A stretch of DNA of 64,000 nucleotides from contig OY762492.1 in the NCBI GenBank assembly GCA_963665845.2, positions 2,272,001 through 2,336,000 of the forward strand. The letters run 5' to 3'. Every line of letters starts with the position of its first letter. Within the stretch, counting starts at the first letter, position 1. This document shows positions 46,501-55,033 of the stretch, one piece after another. A program made the position numbers and the translations under genes. The notes under the pieces were generated by a model that was not told the origin of the DNA, made no database searches, and was given only the letters and a program-made list of their open reading frames with translations. The stretch comes from Candidatus Poribacteria bacterium (GTDB lineage Bacteria > Poribacteria > WGA-4E > GCA-2687025).

Positions 46501-49500
46501 GTCACGCCGGACGGCGCGGCTGGAATGCGGCCCTTGAGCATCAACCGCGCGCCTGAACCTGTTTCAGATGTGACGGTAGAAGCGATCAACGGCGCGACTC
46601 ATTATATAGATGAGAGCGGCGCGGTTGTGACGACGAACGCCAACGGCGAAGGTTCCTTGTCGCTGACAGCGGAAGCGATGGACGGCGGCGAGGACATCTA
46701 CGACCGCACCAGCGTTGTCTTCCAAATCCGTCCGGTCACCGGCGAGCCGACCGTTGACTTCTGGACGACGATTAACATCCCCACGAGCGTGACGCCGCTC
46801 ATGGACGGCTTGGCGAACGACGAGTTCGTGCCGCTGCTCGCCTATGTGAATCAGATTGCAGGCGGGAACGGATTGCTCGGACGCATCGGACCTGAACCTG
46901 TCCGCACGGAGATGCTGGACTATCCGCAGGTCGGCAGCTACCAGATTCGGGCGATTTCCATTGACCAGTTCAGCAACCTGAGCATGTCGAATCCACAGGC
47001 GGTTGAGGTTGTTCCGCGCACGGTTGGCGAGTTCAATGTGTCCAGTCTGGGCATCGGGAACTTGAAAGGCAACGAAGCGGAACGTTATATCTCCGCCGAG
47101 GTGCCGGAAGACGGCTCGGTCGCCGCGGACGATTTCCGCATCTGGTCGGACACGACGCAGTTGGAACTGATGATACGCAGTTTGCGGGATGTTACTATTC
47201 CGTTGACGAGCGCGACGATCCAAAGCTCGACAGACGGCGGAGCCACTTGGACAGACCTGAAAATGTATGACGAGGCTGCTTTGGCGGATGTGGACGCATC
47301 TTGGATGTCGGACATGACCTCTCATATGATCGACGGCGTTCAGCTCGCGACGGACGGCGTGACGGAATACCGCCTGCGCGTTGCGGCGGAGAATAGGCTG
47401 ACAATCAGCGGCGTCGGACCTGAAACGGTCTTGGTTGTGGATGTCTTGCCGATACCGGTTACGCCGGAGGTTCTGGCGTTTGCGTCAGCGCAGGCTGAAG
47501 GAACGTCGGTCAGCCCGGACAGCGGCGGGGCGCGCGATCAGCTGGTGTTGACGGTTGATACGCCGTTCAACATGCTGCCGAAAGCGCCCTCGGTTGTGAT
47601 TGAAATCAGCGCGGACGGCGGACAAACGTTCATGCCGCTTGCGATGGAGATGGGCGGTCCCGAAGCGGGAACGATCTCTGCAGACGACCACACAGCGGCT
47701 GACGGAATGCCTGAAATCGGCGTGAACCGCACCACCTGGACGGCGGTCTGGGACACGACGATGGCGGCTGACACGGTTGAAAATATGGAACCGGAAGCGC
47801 GCGACGCTTCTATGGACGACAACCCGTATATCGTCCGCGCGTCTCTGATGGGAGAAGGCGGCACGGCGTATCTGTCCGAAACGCTGACGATCCCTGTCGA
47901 CAATGTGGACGATGTCCCGCCGCTCTCTTCAACGGTTGTGACGCTGGTGGAACGCGAAGCGAAGGCGCCGGGAACCTTTGAAGCGGTGGACGCGAATGAG
48001 GACGGCTCCTACACGGTTCGCTCCGATGTTCGCATCACGGCGAGCGTGACGGCGGGCTATCTGACGATTGAGGGAGGCGATGTCGCGCTGGTCGTTGTGG
48101 ATGAAAGCGGCGCCGTGATGGAAATGCTGGGCGACGCGGCTCCTGTGGCGGAAGGTCAAGAGAGTTACAGCTTTGAGTTTGACTCGACGATGTTCCCGAA
48201 CGGAGCTTTGCGCCTTGCCGTTCTCGCGACGGACGCCTCCGGGAATCAAGAGTTGACCGTGATGGATACGACGGTGGTCGCCAACATCGCCAACATTCTG
48301 ATTGGCGGGCTGCTGCCGGACGATCCGGGCGTGTATGAGTTGATTCGCATCACGCAGACGGGCGCCTTGATGACCGACCGCACCTTTGCGACGGATCAAG
48401 CTGATCGGCCGATTGGCGGAACGGCGCTGTTTGAGCTGGACACCGAAAACGCGATGACGGCTCAAGCCTACATCTCCGCCAACATGGCGGATCTGATGGA
48501 CGAGGCGCTTGCTGACGCGACGCCGATGGAGGCGGTGGGCGAGAACGGCGCCTTCCAGTTGCCGTTGGATGTGAGCGGCTTGGCGGACGGCGAATACTAT
48601 GTGCGTATCGTCCTTGCCGCCAGCCCGAACGTGTTTGCGCCGCTGGCGCCGGTTGCGTTCACCGTTGACAACACGGCTCCTCCGCTTACGATTGAGGCGC
48701 CGGCTTCTGGAACAGCGGTCAATACGCGGCCGACGATCGTCTCGGAAGGTTATGAAGACCCGACGGGCATCGTGACGGTTGGGCTGACGCTTTCTGCGAA
48801 CGGCTCGGAAGTCTTCACAGGCTTTGCGGGCGGGAACGCGGATATGCGGCTCGCCGGCAACGAAGACCTTGTGAACGCCGACGGCATGACGACAGACGGT
48901 CTCATGTTTGCGGCTCCGCAGATCAGCTACATAACGCCGAGCGATGTTCGCCATCCGAGCGGCAGCTACGTAGCGACGGGAACCGCGACCGACTATGCGG
49001 GGAATGTCGCTGTCGTGAGCGCTGTTTATGTGATTGAACAGGATGCGACGGCTCCGACCGTTAGCGCGTATTCGCCGACAGGCGTCATCGCGACGCGAAC
49101 GCCGACGGTGAGAGTTTCCTTCACAGAAGACAACTCCGGCGTGACCGCCGAGGGCGTTTCTATACAGGTGAGCGACAACGAAGGCAATGCGGTTGCGGGA
49201 ACGACGACCCTGCAGACGATTCCGCTGCATCTGGGCGACGACGCTACCGCAGACGACATACTGGATGCATTGAATTCGTCCGACGTTATGGACGAGCTGC
49301 AGCAGGGCGACGGACCGCAATTGAGCGGCATCGTTAGCTTCATCGCAGACGAAGACCTTGCGAACGGCGCCTACAGCGTCGTCGCGAGCGTCGCGGACGC
49401 TGAAGGCAACGCCGCGCCTGTATCGTGGGAGTTCACGGTCTATGTGGACGACAACCCGCCCGTCATCACCGAGTTCTCGCCGTCCGGAACCATCGAAACG

Positions 49501-52500
49501 GCGGATACGACGCTGAGCGCGACCTTCTATGACGAGTTGGAAGTGACGAGCGTGACCTTCACGGTTGACGGCGGCGAGCCGATGGACGCTGACGCGATTG
49601 TTGACAACACCTCAGCAACGCTGGCGGTGACGGGACTTTCCGACGGCGCCCATACAGTGGTTGTAACAGCAACCGACGCGCTTGGAAATGTCGGCTCTGG
49701 GCAGTTCACCTTCACGGTCTCGTTGGATCTGGAGCCGCCGGTTATCACGGCGTTCTCCCCGACGGGCGTTGTAGAGATGCCTGATACGACGTTGGCGGCG
49801 ACCTTCTTGGACGAATCCGAGGTGGTGAGCGTGACCTTCGCGGTTGACGGCGGCGAGGCGATGGACGCGGACGCAATCGCGGACAACACCTCGGCGACGC
49901 TGGCGGTGACAGGGCTTGCCGACGGCGATCATACGGTCGTTGTGACGGCGACGGATGAGCATGGGAATGTCGGCTCTGCCGAGTATCAGTTCACGGTGTC
50001 GTTGGATCTGGAGGCTCCGGTCATCACGACGGTTTCTCCGACGGGCGTTGTTGAGATGCCTGATACAACGTTGGCGGTTGCCTTCTCGGACGAATCCGCT
50101 GTGACAAGCGTGACCTTCGCCGTTGACGGCGGCGACGCCATGGACGCTGCGATTGCGGACGACAACACTTCCGCGACGCTGGCGGTGACAGGGCTTGCCG
50201 ACGGCGATCATACGGTCGTAGTGACGGCGACGGACGAGCATGGGAATGTCGGCTCTGCCGAGTATCAGTTCACAGTGTCGTTGGATCTGGAGCCGCCTGT
50301 CATCACGACGGTTTCTCCGACCGGCGTTGTTGAGATGCCCGATACGACATTGGCGGTCGCCTTCTCGGACGAATCCGCGGTGACAAGCGTGACCTTCGCC
50401 GTTGACGGCGGGGACGCGATGGACGCCGCGATTGCGGACGACAACACCTCGGCGACGCTGGCGGTGACCGGACTTGCCGACGGCGATCATACGGTCGTTG
50501 TGACCGCGACGGATGAGCATGGGAATGTCGGTTCCGCCGAGTATCAGTTCACGGTGTCGTTGGATCTGGAGGCTCCTGTCATCACGACGGTTTCTCCGAC
50601 CGGCGTTGTTGAGATGCCTGATACAACGTTGGCGGCTGCTTTCTCGGACGCTTCCGCTGTGACAAGCGCGACCTTCGCCGTTGACGGCGGGGACGCGGTG
50701 GACGCTGCGATTGCGGATGACAACACTTCCGCGACGCTGGCGGTGACAGGACTATCCGACGGCGATCATACGGTCGTTGTGACCGTGACGGACGAACATG
50801 GGAATGTTGGCTCTGCCGAGTATCAGTTCACGGTGTCGCTGGATCTGGAGGCTCCGGTCATCACGACGGTTTCTCCGACCGGCGTTGTTGAGATGCCTGA
50901 TACGACGTTGGCGGCGACCTTCTCAGACGCCTCGGCGGTGGTGAGCGTGACCTTCGCAGTGGATGGCGGCGACGCCGTTGACGCTGCGGCGATTGCGGAC
51001 AACACCTCGGCGACGCTGGCGGTGACTGGACTTGCCGACGGCGATCATACGGTCGTAGTGACGGCGACGGATGAGCATGGGAATGTCGGCTCTGCCGAGT
51101 ATCAGTTCACGGTGTCGCTGGATCTGGAAGCGCCGGTCATCACGACAGTGTCGCCTACAGGAACGGTGGAATCTGCCGATACAACGTTGGCGGCGACCTT
51201 CTCGGACGCCTCCGAGGTGGACAGCGTGACCTTCTCGGTTGACGGCGGAGCCGCCCAAGACGCGGCGAGCATCGCGGACAACACGATGGCGCGGCTGCCT
51301 GTGACGGGTCTTTCCGACGGCGAACATACGGTTGTTGTGACGGCGACGGATGAACATGGCAATGTCGGCTCGGCGGAATACCTGTTCACGGTATCGCTGG
51401 ACACGGCGGCGCCGGTCATCACATCCATCTCCCCGACAGGGGTTGTCCGAACGGCTGACACGACGCTGGCGGTCAACTTCTTTGACGACTCTGAGGTGGA
51501 CAGCGTGACCTTCGCCGTTGACGGCGGAGCCGCCCAAGACGCGGCGGACATCATCGACAACTCGCGGGCGCATCTGCCGGTGGACGGGCTTTCGCAAGGA
51601 AGCCATACGGTGGTTGTGACGGCGACCGATGAACATGGGAATAAGGCGTCGGCTCAATTCAGCTTCTTGGTTGAGATCGACATGATCCCGCCGACGATCG
51701 CAACGACGGCTCCCACAGGATATGTGCGGTCGCTGCGGCCGCTCATCTCGGCGACCTTCACCGACAACCTTGCCGGCGTGGACGCCGACAGCGTTGAGCT
51801 GATGGTCAACGGAAATGCTGTGAACGCCGATGCAACCGACTCGAGCGTCTCGTATCAGCCCAGCGCGGATCTGGCGACAGGAACGCATGAAGTGACGCTG
51901 ACGCTTGCGGACGCGCTCGGAAACGAAACGTCGACAAGCTGGACATTCACAATTGAAACCACGCCTCCGAGCATCTGGCCGGCCGCTCCGGTGGACGGCG
52001 CGCGCGTCGGCAAGAATGTGGCGGCGCGGACAGATGTGGTTGTGAGCGCCTACTACACCGATGCCGATTCGGGCATTGATGTGGATTCGGTTGAGCTGAC
52101 CGTGACTCGGAACGGCAACCGCGTAGCGGGAACGATTGAAAGCAAGACGGAATCGGGCGTCGCATGGAAAGCGCAGAATGTGCTGCGAGCCGGCATCTAC
52201 ACGGTGACGGTCTCGGTCGCAGACAATCTGGGCAACGCGACGGAGCATTCCTGGAGCTTCATCGTTGAAGAGGAAGAGGCGATCACCATACCGGTTCGCG
52301 TCGTTCCGAACCCGTTTGAAAAAGATGTGGCTGTCTGGGTCGGTCTCGGCAAAGAAGCCGAAGTGCGGGTTCGCATCTACGACCTGAACGGACGGCTTGT
52401 GGCAGAGCGCCCGGGACAGATACTGCTTCCGGGACGCCATGCGATCAACCTGACTGAAGAGACCTGCAACTACGGACGCGGCGTTTACATCTGCCAAGTG

Positions 52501-52563
52501 ATTGTGGACGCGGCGGATCGGGAGCGGGTTGTCAAGATCGTCAAGATGGCGAAAATCAGATAA
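40552..52563 (+). CDS. Giant acidic secreted protein (~4000 aa): invasin/Big_1, PKD and tandem Ig repeats with a T9SS-like C-terminal domain
   Basis: GGAGG with ATG at 40552; signal peptide; ADG.STA.VTATL and DGTYTA repeats; WEFPDG/WVFPDG PKD motifs; C-terminal PNPF...VRIYDLNGRLV...GVYI. Confidence 0.9.
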   Translation: MRDFQSYFKTAVVWIAAIGLVFGSAATAAAQFSNFKVTVSLTDREGNAATGLNVVFQNTSAPEGSQAAQEQDLSEDASTPGSYSVTLTDLDIGGIFKQVLIPKEGDVVSIRATQTVGGVTSPWSTLQRTITKAELDAGETNIAMTESGLTVEFEEADVRGDGVSTATLVVTVVDASGNLIDDADLTATTTAGSVGAFTSVGSGKHEAVFNAPLTSQDVTAEVTVTYGADSGKATINIIGVPANITVSVDPTELVADGASTAVVTATLTREGEAVVNETVTIEATLGTVGDVTNNEDGTYTATFTAGTTAGTAEITVTASAGDTGEASLTLTPGAPAGIVASVDPTQIRGDSITTATFTATIADANGNPVSGLENVTATLTGGGSIGDVADAGDGTYTAVYTSPLVKEDAVATVEFAYAALTPASATLTVTGEPDAEATILVVKGLATYLDRSHAAPNGLSVLVENVTKDSSVTSATGDDGLGRYSATFFDLANPNAVVASSNDLIRVTVTDPESNQSTVVERRLTADEVNATIVDIDVETNLKATASEFLVAGTVQYSDGTAAVLPGAGLRVEVSIGEAVQGQPLNEAPNGVFSIQFAGPTFEVATGDLINITVYDIDNNVVATGSQFTFIASSAQVIGGEIDLGDIQTTVDAHTASLKVIGSLKYNDGAAGILPREQLTAIVTVGADRKDPLSIDSPMGDFEVSFLDAQSAAKTGDLVSIEVLKNGDVVASMSRQITSQEVIDGAFNFNDVVTSLPAMSGGTGLLIVSGTVTADVEIPDGSMVLVTNLHRGDTSTSSPVTITNGKYSAVLQSSNVGAPNLGDVAETGDVLLIEVLDPDGVVLAANETVLDSMAVVLGAMTGANVQVTGVVIALTIGGDPVDANSSHQTQYDANGVASATVVATVSGSVSAGELTFDSGGVGSFEPLDGNTRTFSTVYADEMYFSSDRGLVTITVSAGDKASRTVTLNVVDIDDPVINSITPEGPMALIGEEETLTADVEDNTAVASIVWEFPDGTTQSGMAATKSFDEVARYSVTLTVTDVANNEVTRTKTIDVLDLRFSTASDQVEYDENGVATVAVTIEAEGPAGIIDFGDSVYTLTLTDGVSDDTDDFTKTYESDADLGDHTLTATVTNEDGQTVIQSVTVELVDLIAPTAELTSVAEPLELVGQPVDVSVTVVENTEIASIEWRADGEVLESRAPTAEEIESGVFAYTYMQEGDDPAPALVNVTFHVTDTSDNTNDADTPISVPITFVDVEFSAESLEVPYDADGVASTAMTIVVNGPDGVVTPESAGLTMALTPDDLFPDLETFSKTYASAEDLGEHEVTLTITSEAGEQIVKMLTLTLVDHIYPMVTLTSTAEPLKEAGQSVMVSVDVVENTEIRGIEWRVDGVAVEIRKPEAGETAFSYTYTQDDPAPAAVEVSFHTADTSRNRNDDSESADATPINVPITFVEVEFSAKVPDPDPSTEAHEVYYDADGVASLDMTIVMELPAGVTLTTALAPEDLFIDDTFSNTYEAPEDIRDQLVSLTIAKSGEEIVKELTLALRDMIPPTVSPIAADSTNSAGEPFILTNRDLTLSASASDNTEILTVEWVFPDGTVEGALDAEGNTSVTRVFTEPGDFTVTLRVVDAGGNESTSETMVTVRRVEVGGLALDLRGASEIIVALLQSPLVSDLLAENGLPTIPQLLGDNPTTADVLQLLNSPEIMAALQQAGLTLPGLPAMLNPVIIPDDEDLYLENFGNALSVPHLEVWDNLSGVADGSYRIEKGLTLTGHKLSLFAVAPKAMEVIVTLHGSDGMTYPVSGMSAEGTGTFQHEFAVDEELFLATLPAWPASDSSPIQEVTLRLSTNGMEGPYRSVPLTKEMRTVGGYAEPVWSATDTLDAGKTHYYYYVVEMTHQIPVGGGKRTAKMLVIPDPRNLQMEPTIDIASLTIEDLQNVANTGRVPLVSKFSTPSAEGLWTFDFDLSQIPDGDYQVTVTVDGEDGFVTPDGAAGMRPLSINRAPEPVSDVTVEAINGATHYIDESGAVVTTNANGEGSLSLTAEAMDGGEDIYDRTSVVFQIRPVTGEPTVDFWTTINIPTSVTPLMDGLANDEFVPLLAYVNQIAGGNGLLGRIGPEPVRTEMLDYPQVGSYQIRAISIDQFSNLSMSNPQAVEVVPRTVGEFNVSSLGIGNLKGNEAERYISAEVPEDGSVAADDFRIWSDTTQLELMIRSLRDVTIPLTSATIQSSTDGGATWTDLKMYDEAALADVDASWMSDMTSHMIDGVQLATDGVTEYRLRVAAENRLTISGVGPETVLVVDVLPIPVTPEVLAFASAQAEGTSVSPDSGGARDQLVLTVDTPFNMLPKAPSVVIEISADGGQTFMPLAMEMGGPEAGTISADDHTAADGMPEIGVNRTTWTAVWDTTMAADTVENMEPEARDASMDDNPYIVRASLMGEGGTAYLSETLTIPVDNVDDVPPLSSTVVTLVEREAKAPGTFEAVDANEDGSYTVRSDVRITASVTAGYLTIEGGDVALVVVDESGAVMEMLGDAAPVAEGQESYSFEFDSTMFPNGALRLAVLATDASGNQELTVMDTTVVANIANILIGGLLPDDPGVYELIRITQTGALMTDRTFATDQADRPIGGTALFELDTENAMTAQAYISANMADLMDEALADATPMEAVGENGAFQLPLDVSGLADGEYYVRIVLAASPNVFAPLAPVAFTVDNTAPPLTIEAPASGTAVNTRPTIVSEGYEDPTGIVTVGLTLSANGSEVFTGFAGGNADMRLAGNEDLVNADGMTTDGLMFAAPQISYITPSDVRHPSGSYVATGTATDYAGNVAVVSAVYVIEQDATAPTVSAYSPTGVIATRTPTVRVSFTEDNSGVTAEGVSIQVSDNEGNAVAGTTTLQTIPLHLGDDATADDILDALNSSDVMDELQQGDGPQLSGIVSFIADEDLANGAYSVVASVADAEGNAAPVSWEFTVYVDDNPPVITEFSPSGTIETADTTLSATFYDELEVTSVTFTVDGGEPMDADAIVDNTSATLAVTGLSDGAHTVVVTATDALGNVGSGQFTFTVSLDLEPPVITAFSPTGVVEMPDTTLAATFLDESEVVSVTFAVDGGEAMDADAIADNTSATLAVTGLADGDHTVVVTATDEHGNVGSAEYQFTVSLDLEAPVITTVSPTGVVEMPDTTLAVAFSDESAVTSVTFAVDGGDAMDAAIADDNTSATLAVTGLADGDHTVVVTATDEHGNVGSAEYQFTVSLDLEPPVITTVSPTGVVEMPDTTLAVAFSDESAVTSVTFAVDGGDAMDAAIADDNTSATLAVTGLADGDHTVVVTATDEHGNVGSAEYQFTVSLDLEAPVITTVSPTGVVEMPDTTLAAAFSDASAVTSATFAVDGGDAVDAAIADDNTSATLAVTGLSDGDHTVVVTVTDEHGNVGSAEYQFTVSLDLEAPVITTVSPTGVVEMPDTTLAATFSDASAVVSVTFAVDGGDAVDAAAIADNTSATLAVTGLADGDHTVVVTATDEHGNVGSAEYQFTVSLDLEAPVITTVSPTGTVESADTTLAATFSDASEVDSVTFSVDGGAAQDAASIADNTMARLPVTGLSDGEHTVVVTATDEHGNVGSAEYLFTVSLDTAAPVITSISPTGVVRTADTTLAVNFFDDSEVDSVTFAVDGGAAQDAADIIDNSRAHLPVDGLSQGSHTVVVTATDEHGNKASAQFSFLVEIDMIPPTIATTAPTGYVRSLRPLISATFTDNLAGVDADSVELMVNGNAVNADATDSSVSYQPSADLATGTHEVTLTLADALGNETSTSWTFTIETTPPSIWPAAPVDGARVGKNVAARTDVVVSAYYTDADSGIDVDSVELTVTRNGNRVAGTIESKTESGVAWKAQNVLRAGIYTVTVSVADNLGNATEHSWSFIVEEEEAITIPVRVVPNPFEKDVAVWVGLGKEAEVRVRIYDLNGRLVAERPGQILLPGRHAINLTEETCNYGRGVYICQVIVDAADRERVVKIVKMAKIR
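49447..51678 (+). repeat. Eight intragenic 279-bp (93-aa) Ig-domain repeats
   Basis: Units start at 49447, 49726, 50005, 50284, 50563, 50842, 51121 and 51400; central copies are nearly identical. Confidence 0.93.
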
Positions 52564-52571
52564 CAAGGAAC

Positions 52572-52597
52572 GCGGGGGCTGCGCAAACAGCCCCCGC
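52572..52597 (+). terminator. GC-rich hairpin between the giant gene and the PorV-like gene
   Basis: gcgggggctg-cgcaaa-cagcccccgc; weak U tract. Confidence 0.4.
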
Positions 52598-52635
52598 CCC
52601 TTTCACCTTCGCGCAGAGATACATAGGAGCGTCTG

Positions 52636-53634
52636 ATGATTGACGGAAGAAAATGGGCAAAGTTAGCCGCGTTTGCGCTCGCAACGTCGGCACTGATTGG
52701 ATACGCCGCTGTGGCAACAGCGCAGGACGACACGGCAGGGACGCGGCATGGAGCCTCATGGCTCTTCCCAGGGCAAGGCGCCCGGGCAACCGCTCTCCAA
52801 GCGTTCTCGCCCCTCGCCGGCGGCGTTCCAGCAATCACCACCAACCCCGCGGGGCTGGGCGGAAGCGCCAACACTGAACTGGCGATATACACACAAGACA
52901 GCCCGCTGGATATTCGACGAAACGCCTTCGGGATCGCGCTCGGATACATAGGCGGAGAAAACGGTTCGCTGGGAATTTCATGGCGAAATGTGAGCGTCGG
53001 AGACAGCGACGCCGCCCCCTTTGAACGCACCGACCTACAAGGACAAACGCACGGTTCACTCGGCTATGCCAGCAACGCCATCGACTTGGCGTATGGACAT
53101 ACCGTCAACGAGATGTTTGGGTTCGGACTGGGCGTCGGAATGGTGTTTGACAAGTTCGACGGCGTGGACGATGCATACCCTGACGACGCCAGCGCTTCCG
53201 GGTTCGGCGGCGTGACGCTCGGCGTTCAGGGGCTGATCGCCGATACGGTCCACTACGGGCTGTCGGCGCGGAACCTCGGCGGGACGCTCGGAGAAGGCGA
53301 AATCGCGCCGACCGTTTCGGCGGGCGTCGCGGTGACCTATCCGTCCTACGACGGCGTCCTGATGGCTGCTGAAGTTGAGCAGCTGCTGGTGAACCTCATC
53401 AACGCGGACGGCGAAGTGACGCGGGTTGTCAAATTCGGCGTCGAATACTCCCTAAATCCGGTCAGCCTGAGACTCGGAACGAGCCAAAGCTCCGACCGCA
53501 GCGCGTGGTATACCGGCCTCGGCGTCAACTTCGGCTCGTTGGCGTTGGATTATGCCTACCAGTTGAGCAATGAAGCGGCGAGCAGCCTTGAGGAAGTTCC
53601 CCGGCACTTTGTTTCCATCGGCTACCAGTATTGA
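52636..53634 (+). CDS. PorV/PorQ (UPF0164)-like outer-membrane beta-barrel
   Basis: Signal peptide; GQGARATAL..F...A....AI..NPAGL plug motif; LDYAY; C-terminal HFVSIGYQY. Confidence 0.75.
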   Translation: MIDGRKWAKLAAFALATSALIGYAAVATAQDDTAGTRHGASWLFPGQGARATALQAFSPLAGGVPAITTNPAGLGGSANTELAIYTQDSPLDIRRNAFGIALGYIGGENGSLGISWRNVSVGDSDAAPFERTDLQGQTHGSLGYASNAIDLAYGHTVNEMFGFGLGVGMVFDKFDGVDDAYPDDASASGFGGVTLGVQGLIADTVHYGLSARNLGGTLGEGEIAPTVSAGVAVTYPSYDGVLMAAEVEQLLVNLINADGEVTRVVKFGVEYSLNPVSLRLGTSQSSDRSAWYTGLGVNFGSLALDYAYQLSNEAASSLEEVPRHFVSIGYQY

Positions 53635-53669
53635 TGAGCCGCAGACCGACGAGAGAGAAGGAGTTTCAT

Positions 53670-54449
53670 ATGATGAAGCGTAAAGGTTTTCAAACGATCG
53701 CGGCTGTCGCGCTTGCGCTGGCGGTTGGCGCCCCTCTGTTTGCGGGGATGTACGAAACCCTGACCGTGAAAAAAGGCGACACGTTGTGGGATCTTTCCGT
53801 AGAGCATCTTGGCGACGCGCTGCGCTTTCCGGAATGGGTTGAAATCAACGATCTGCGTTCCGGCGATCCGCACTGGATCTATCCGGGCGAGGTGCTGAAT
53901 ATCCCTGGGACCGTCGCGGAGCCAGAGCCGGAGCCTGTACCGGCGGTGGAAGTGCCGCTTCCAAGAGTTGAGGAGATGCTGAACGACTTGAGCGCGCGGC
54001 TTTCCAAAGCTCATGAGGAACTGGCGGCTCTCCGCGAAGAGCTGGAGCATGTTGACAGCCATCTTCATGACAAAGATTTCGAAGACCTGATGAAGAAACT
54101 GGATTCCATCCATCCGATGGATCTGAGCTCCATTGAGAAGAGAATCAGCCAGCTCAGCAAGACGATCTCTTCAAAGGTGGATAAGCTGTCGAACAGGACC
54201 CAAGAGCAGCATAAATGGACAAAGGGCGAGCTGCAGTCCTTGACAAAGGAACTGGCGACTCTCATGAGCGCCGTTGAGAAGCATGAGACGACTCGTCAAA
54301 AGGCGGTGGAAGAGCTTGCCGCAAAAATGATGGAACTGCACGCGCCGGTGAATCCGATCGGCGAAGTCCATCAGAATAAGCGCACGATCGGGGTGCTGTC
54401 GTTCTTGGCAGCCAGCGTTGCGCTGATGGTGGTGACGGCAACTCGCTAA
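53670..54449 (+). CDS. LysM domain protein with coiled coil and C-terminal TM anchor
   Basis: AAGGAG SD; signal peptide; TVKKGDTLWDLS...N....DPHWIYPGEVL. Confidence 0.85.
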   Translation: MMKRKGFQTIAAVALALAVGAPLFAGMYETLTVKKGDTLWDLSVEHLGDALRFPEWVEINDLRSGDPHWIYPGEVLNIPGTVAEPEPEPVPAVEVPLPRVEEMLNDLSARLSKAHEELAALREELEHVDSHLHDKDFEDLMKKLDSIHPMDLSSIEKRISQLSKTISSKVDKLSNRTQEQHKWTKGELQSLTKELATLMSAVEKHETTRQKAVEELAAKMMELHAPVNPIGEVHQNKRTIGVLSFLAASVALMVVTATR

Positions 54450-54476
54450 CCATAAAATTGACATCGTTGAACTTGG

Positions 54477-54512
54477 AAACGGGTAGGCCGCATCTGGTCT
54501 GCCCGTTTTTTT
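54477..54512 (+). terminator. Rho-independent terminator
   Basis: aaacgggtaggcc-loop-ggtctgcccgttt stem ending in a 7-T run. Confidence 0.75.
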
Positions 54513-54518
54513 ATACCT

Positions 54519-54980
54519 ATGCTGACAAACCGATTCGAGCTGCATGGCGACCGAACGCGGGGAGAAGACCCCCAAACAGAGATCGGGCTGGCAAACATCG
54601 GCGCGGCAAAATGCTGCTATGTACGGAATAGAACAGGCGTCTTCACAGCCCCCGCCTACGGAAAGGCGGCGCGGGTCATCTCTCTGGCGGAGAGGCTCAA
54701 CATCCCCGTTCTTTTTTTATACAACGCCCCCGCCCTCTGCGCCGCGCCAACCGACAGCGCCTTGACAAACGCGCATGCAGAACTGATGGAGGCGCTGGCG
54801 GGAGCCGCCGTCCCGTTGATTGCTGTGTTAGACGACAAACAGATGCGCCAATTCGCAGCGGCGATATTCGATCTGACGACGCGTCTAGACACAATGGCGG
54901 TTGAAACCGCGCTGGCGCATGCCGCTCAATGGACGCCTGACGAAATGCGCCGGCGCAGAGCGTATTCGCCCAAGTTCTAA
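54519..54980 (+). CDS. Short degenerate AccA (carboxyltransferase alpha)-like protein; possibly a pseudogene
   Basis: FELHGDR...D, YGKAAR...LAERLNIPVL, C-terminal TPDEMRRRR..KF resemble AccA segments in order. Confidence 0.55.
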   Translation: MLTNRFELHGDRTRGEDPQTEIGLANIGAAKCCYVRNRTGVFTAPAYGKAARVISLAERLNIPVLFLYNAPALCAAPTDSALTNAHAELMEALAGAAVPLIAVLDDKQMRQFAAAIFDLTTRLDTMAVETALAHAAQWTPDEMRRRRAYSPKF

Positions 54981-55033
54981 ATATCTTCAATCAGCGCAAA
55001 ATCAACGCGCGAGACGAATAAAAGGAAAACGCC

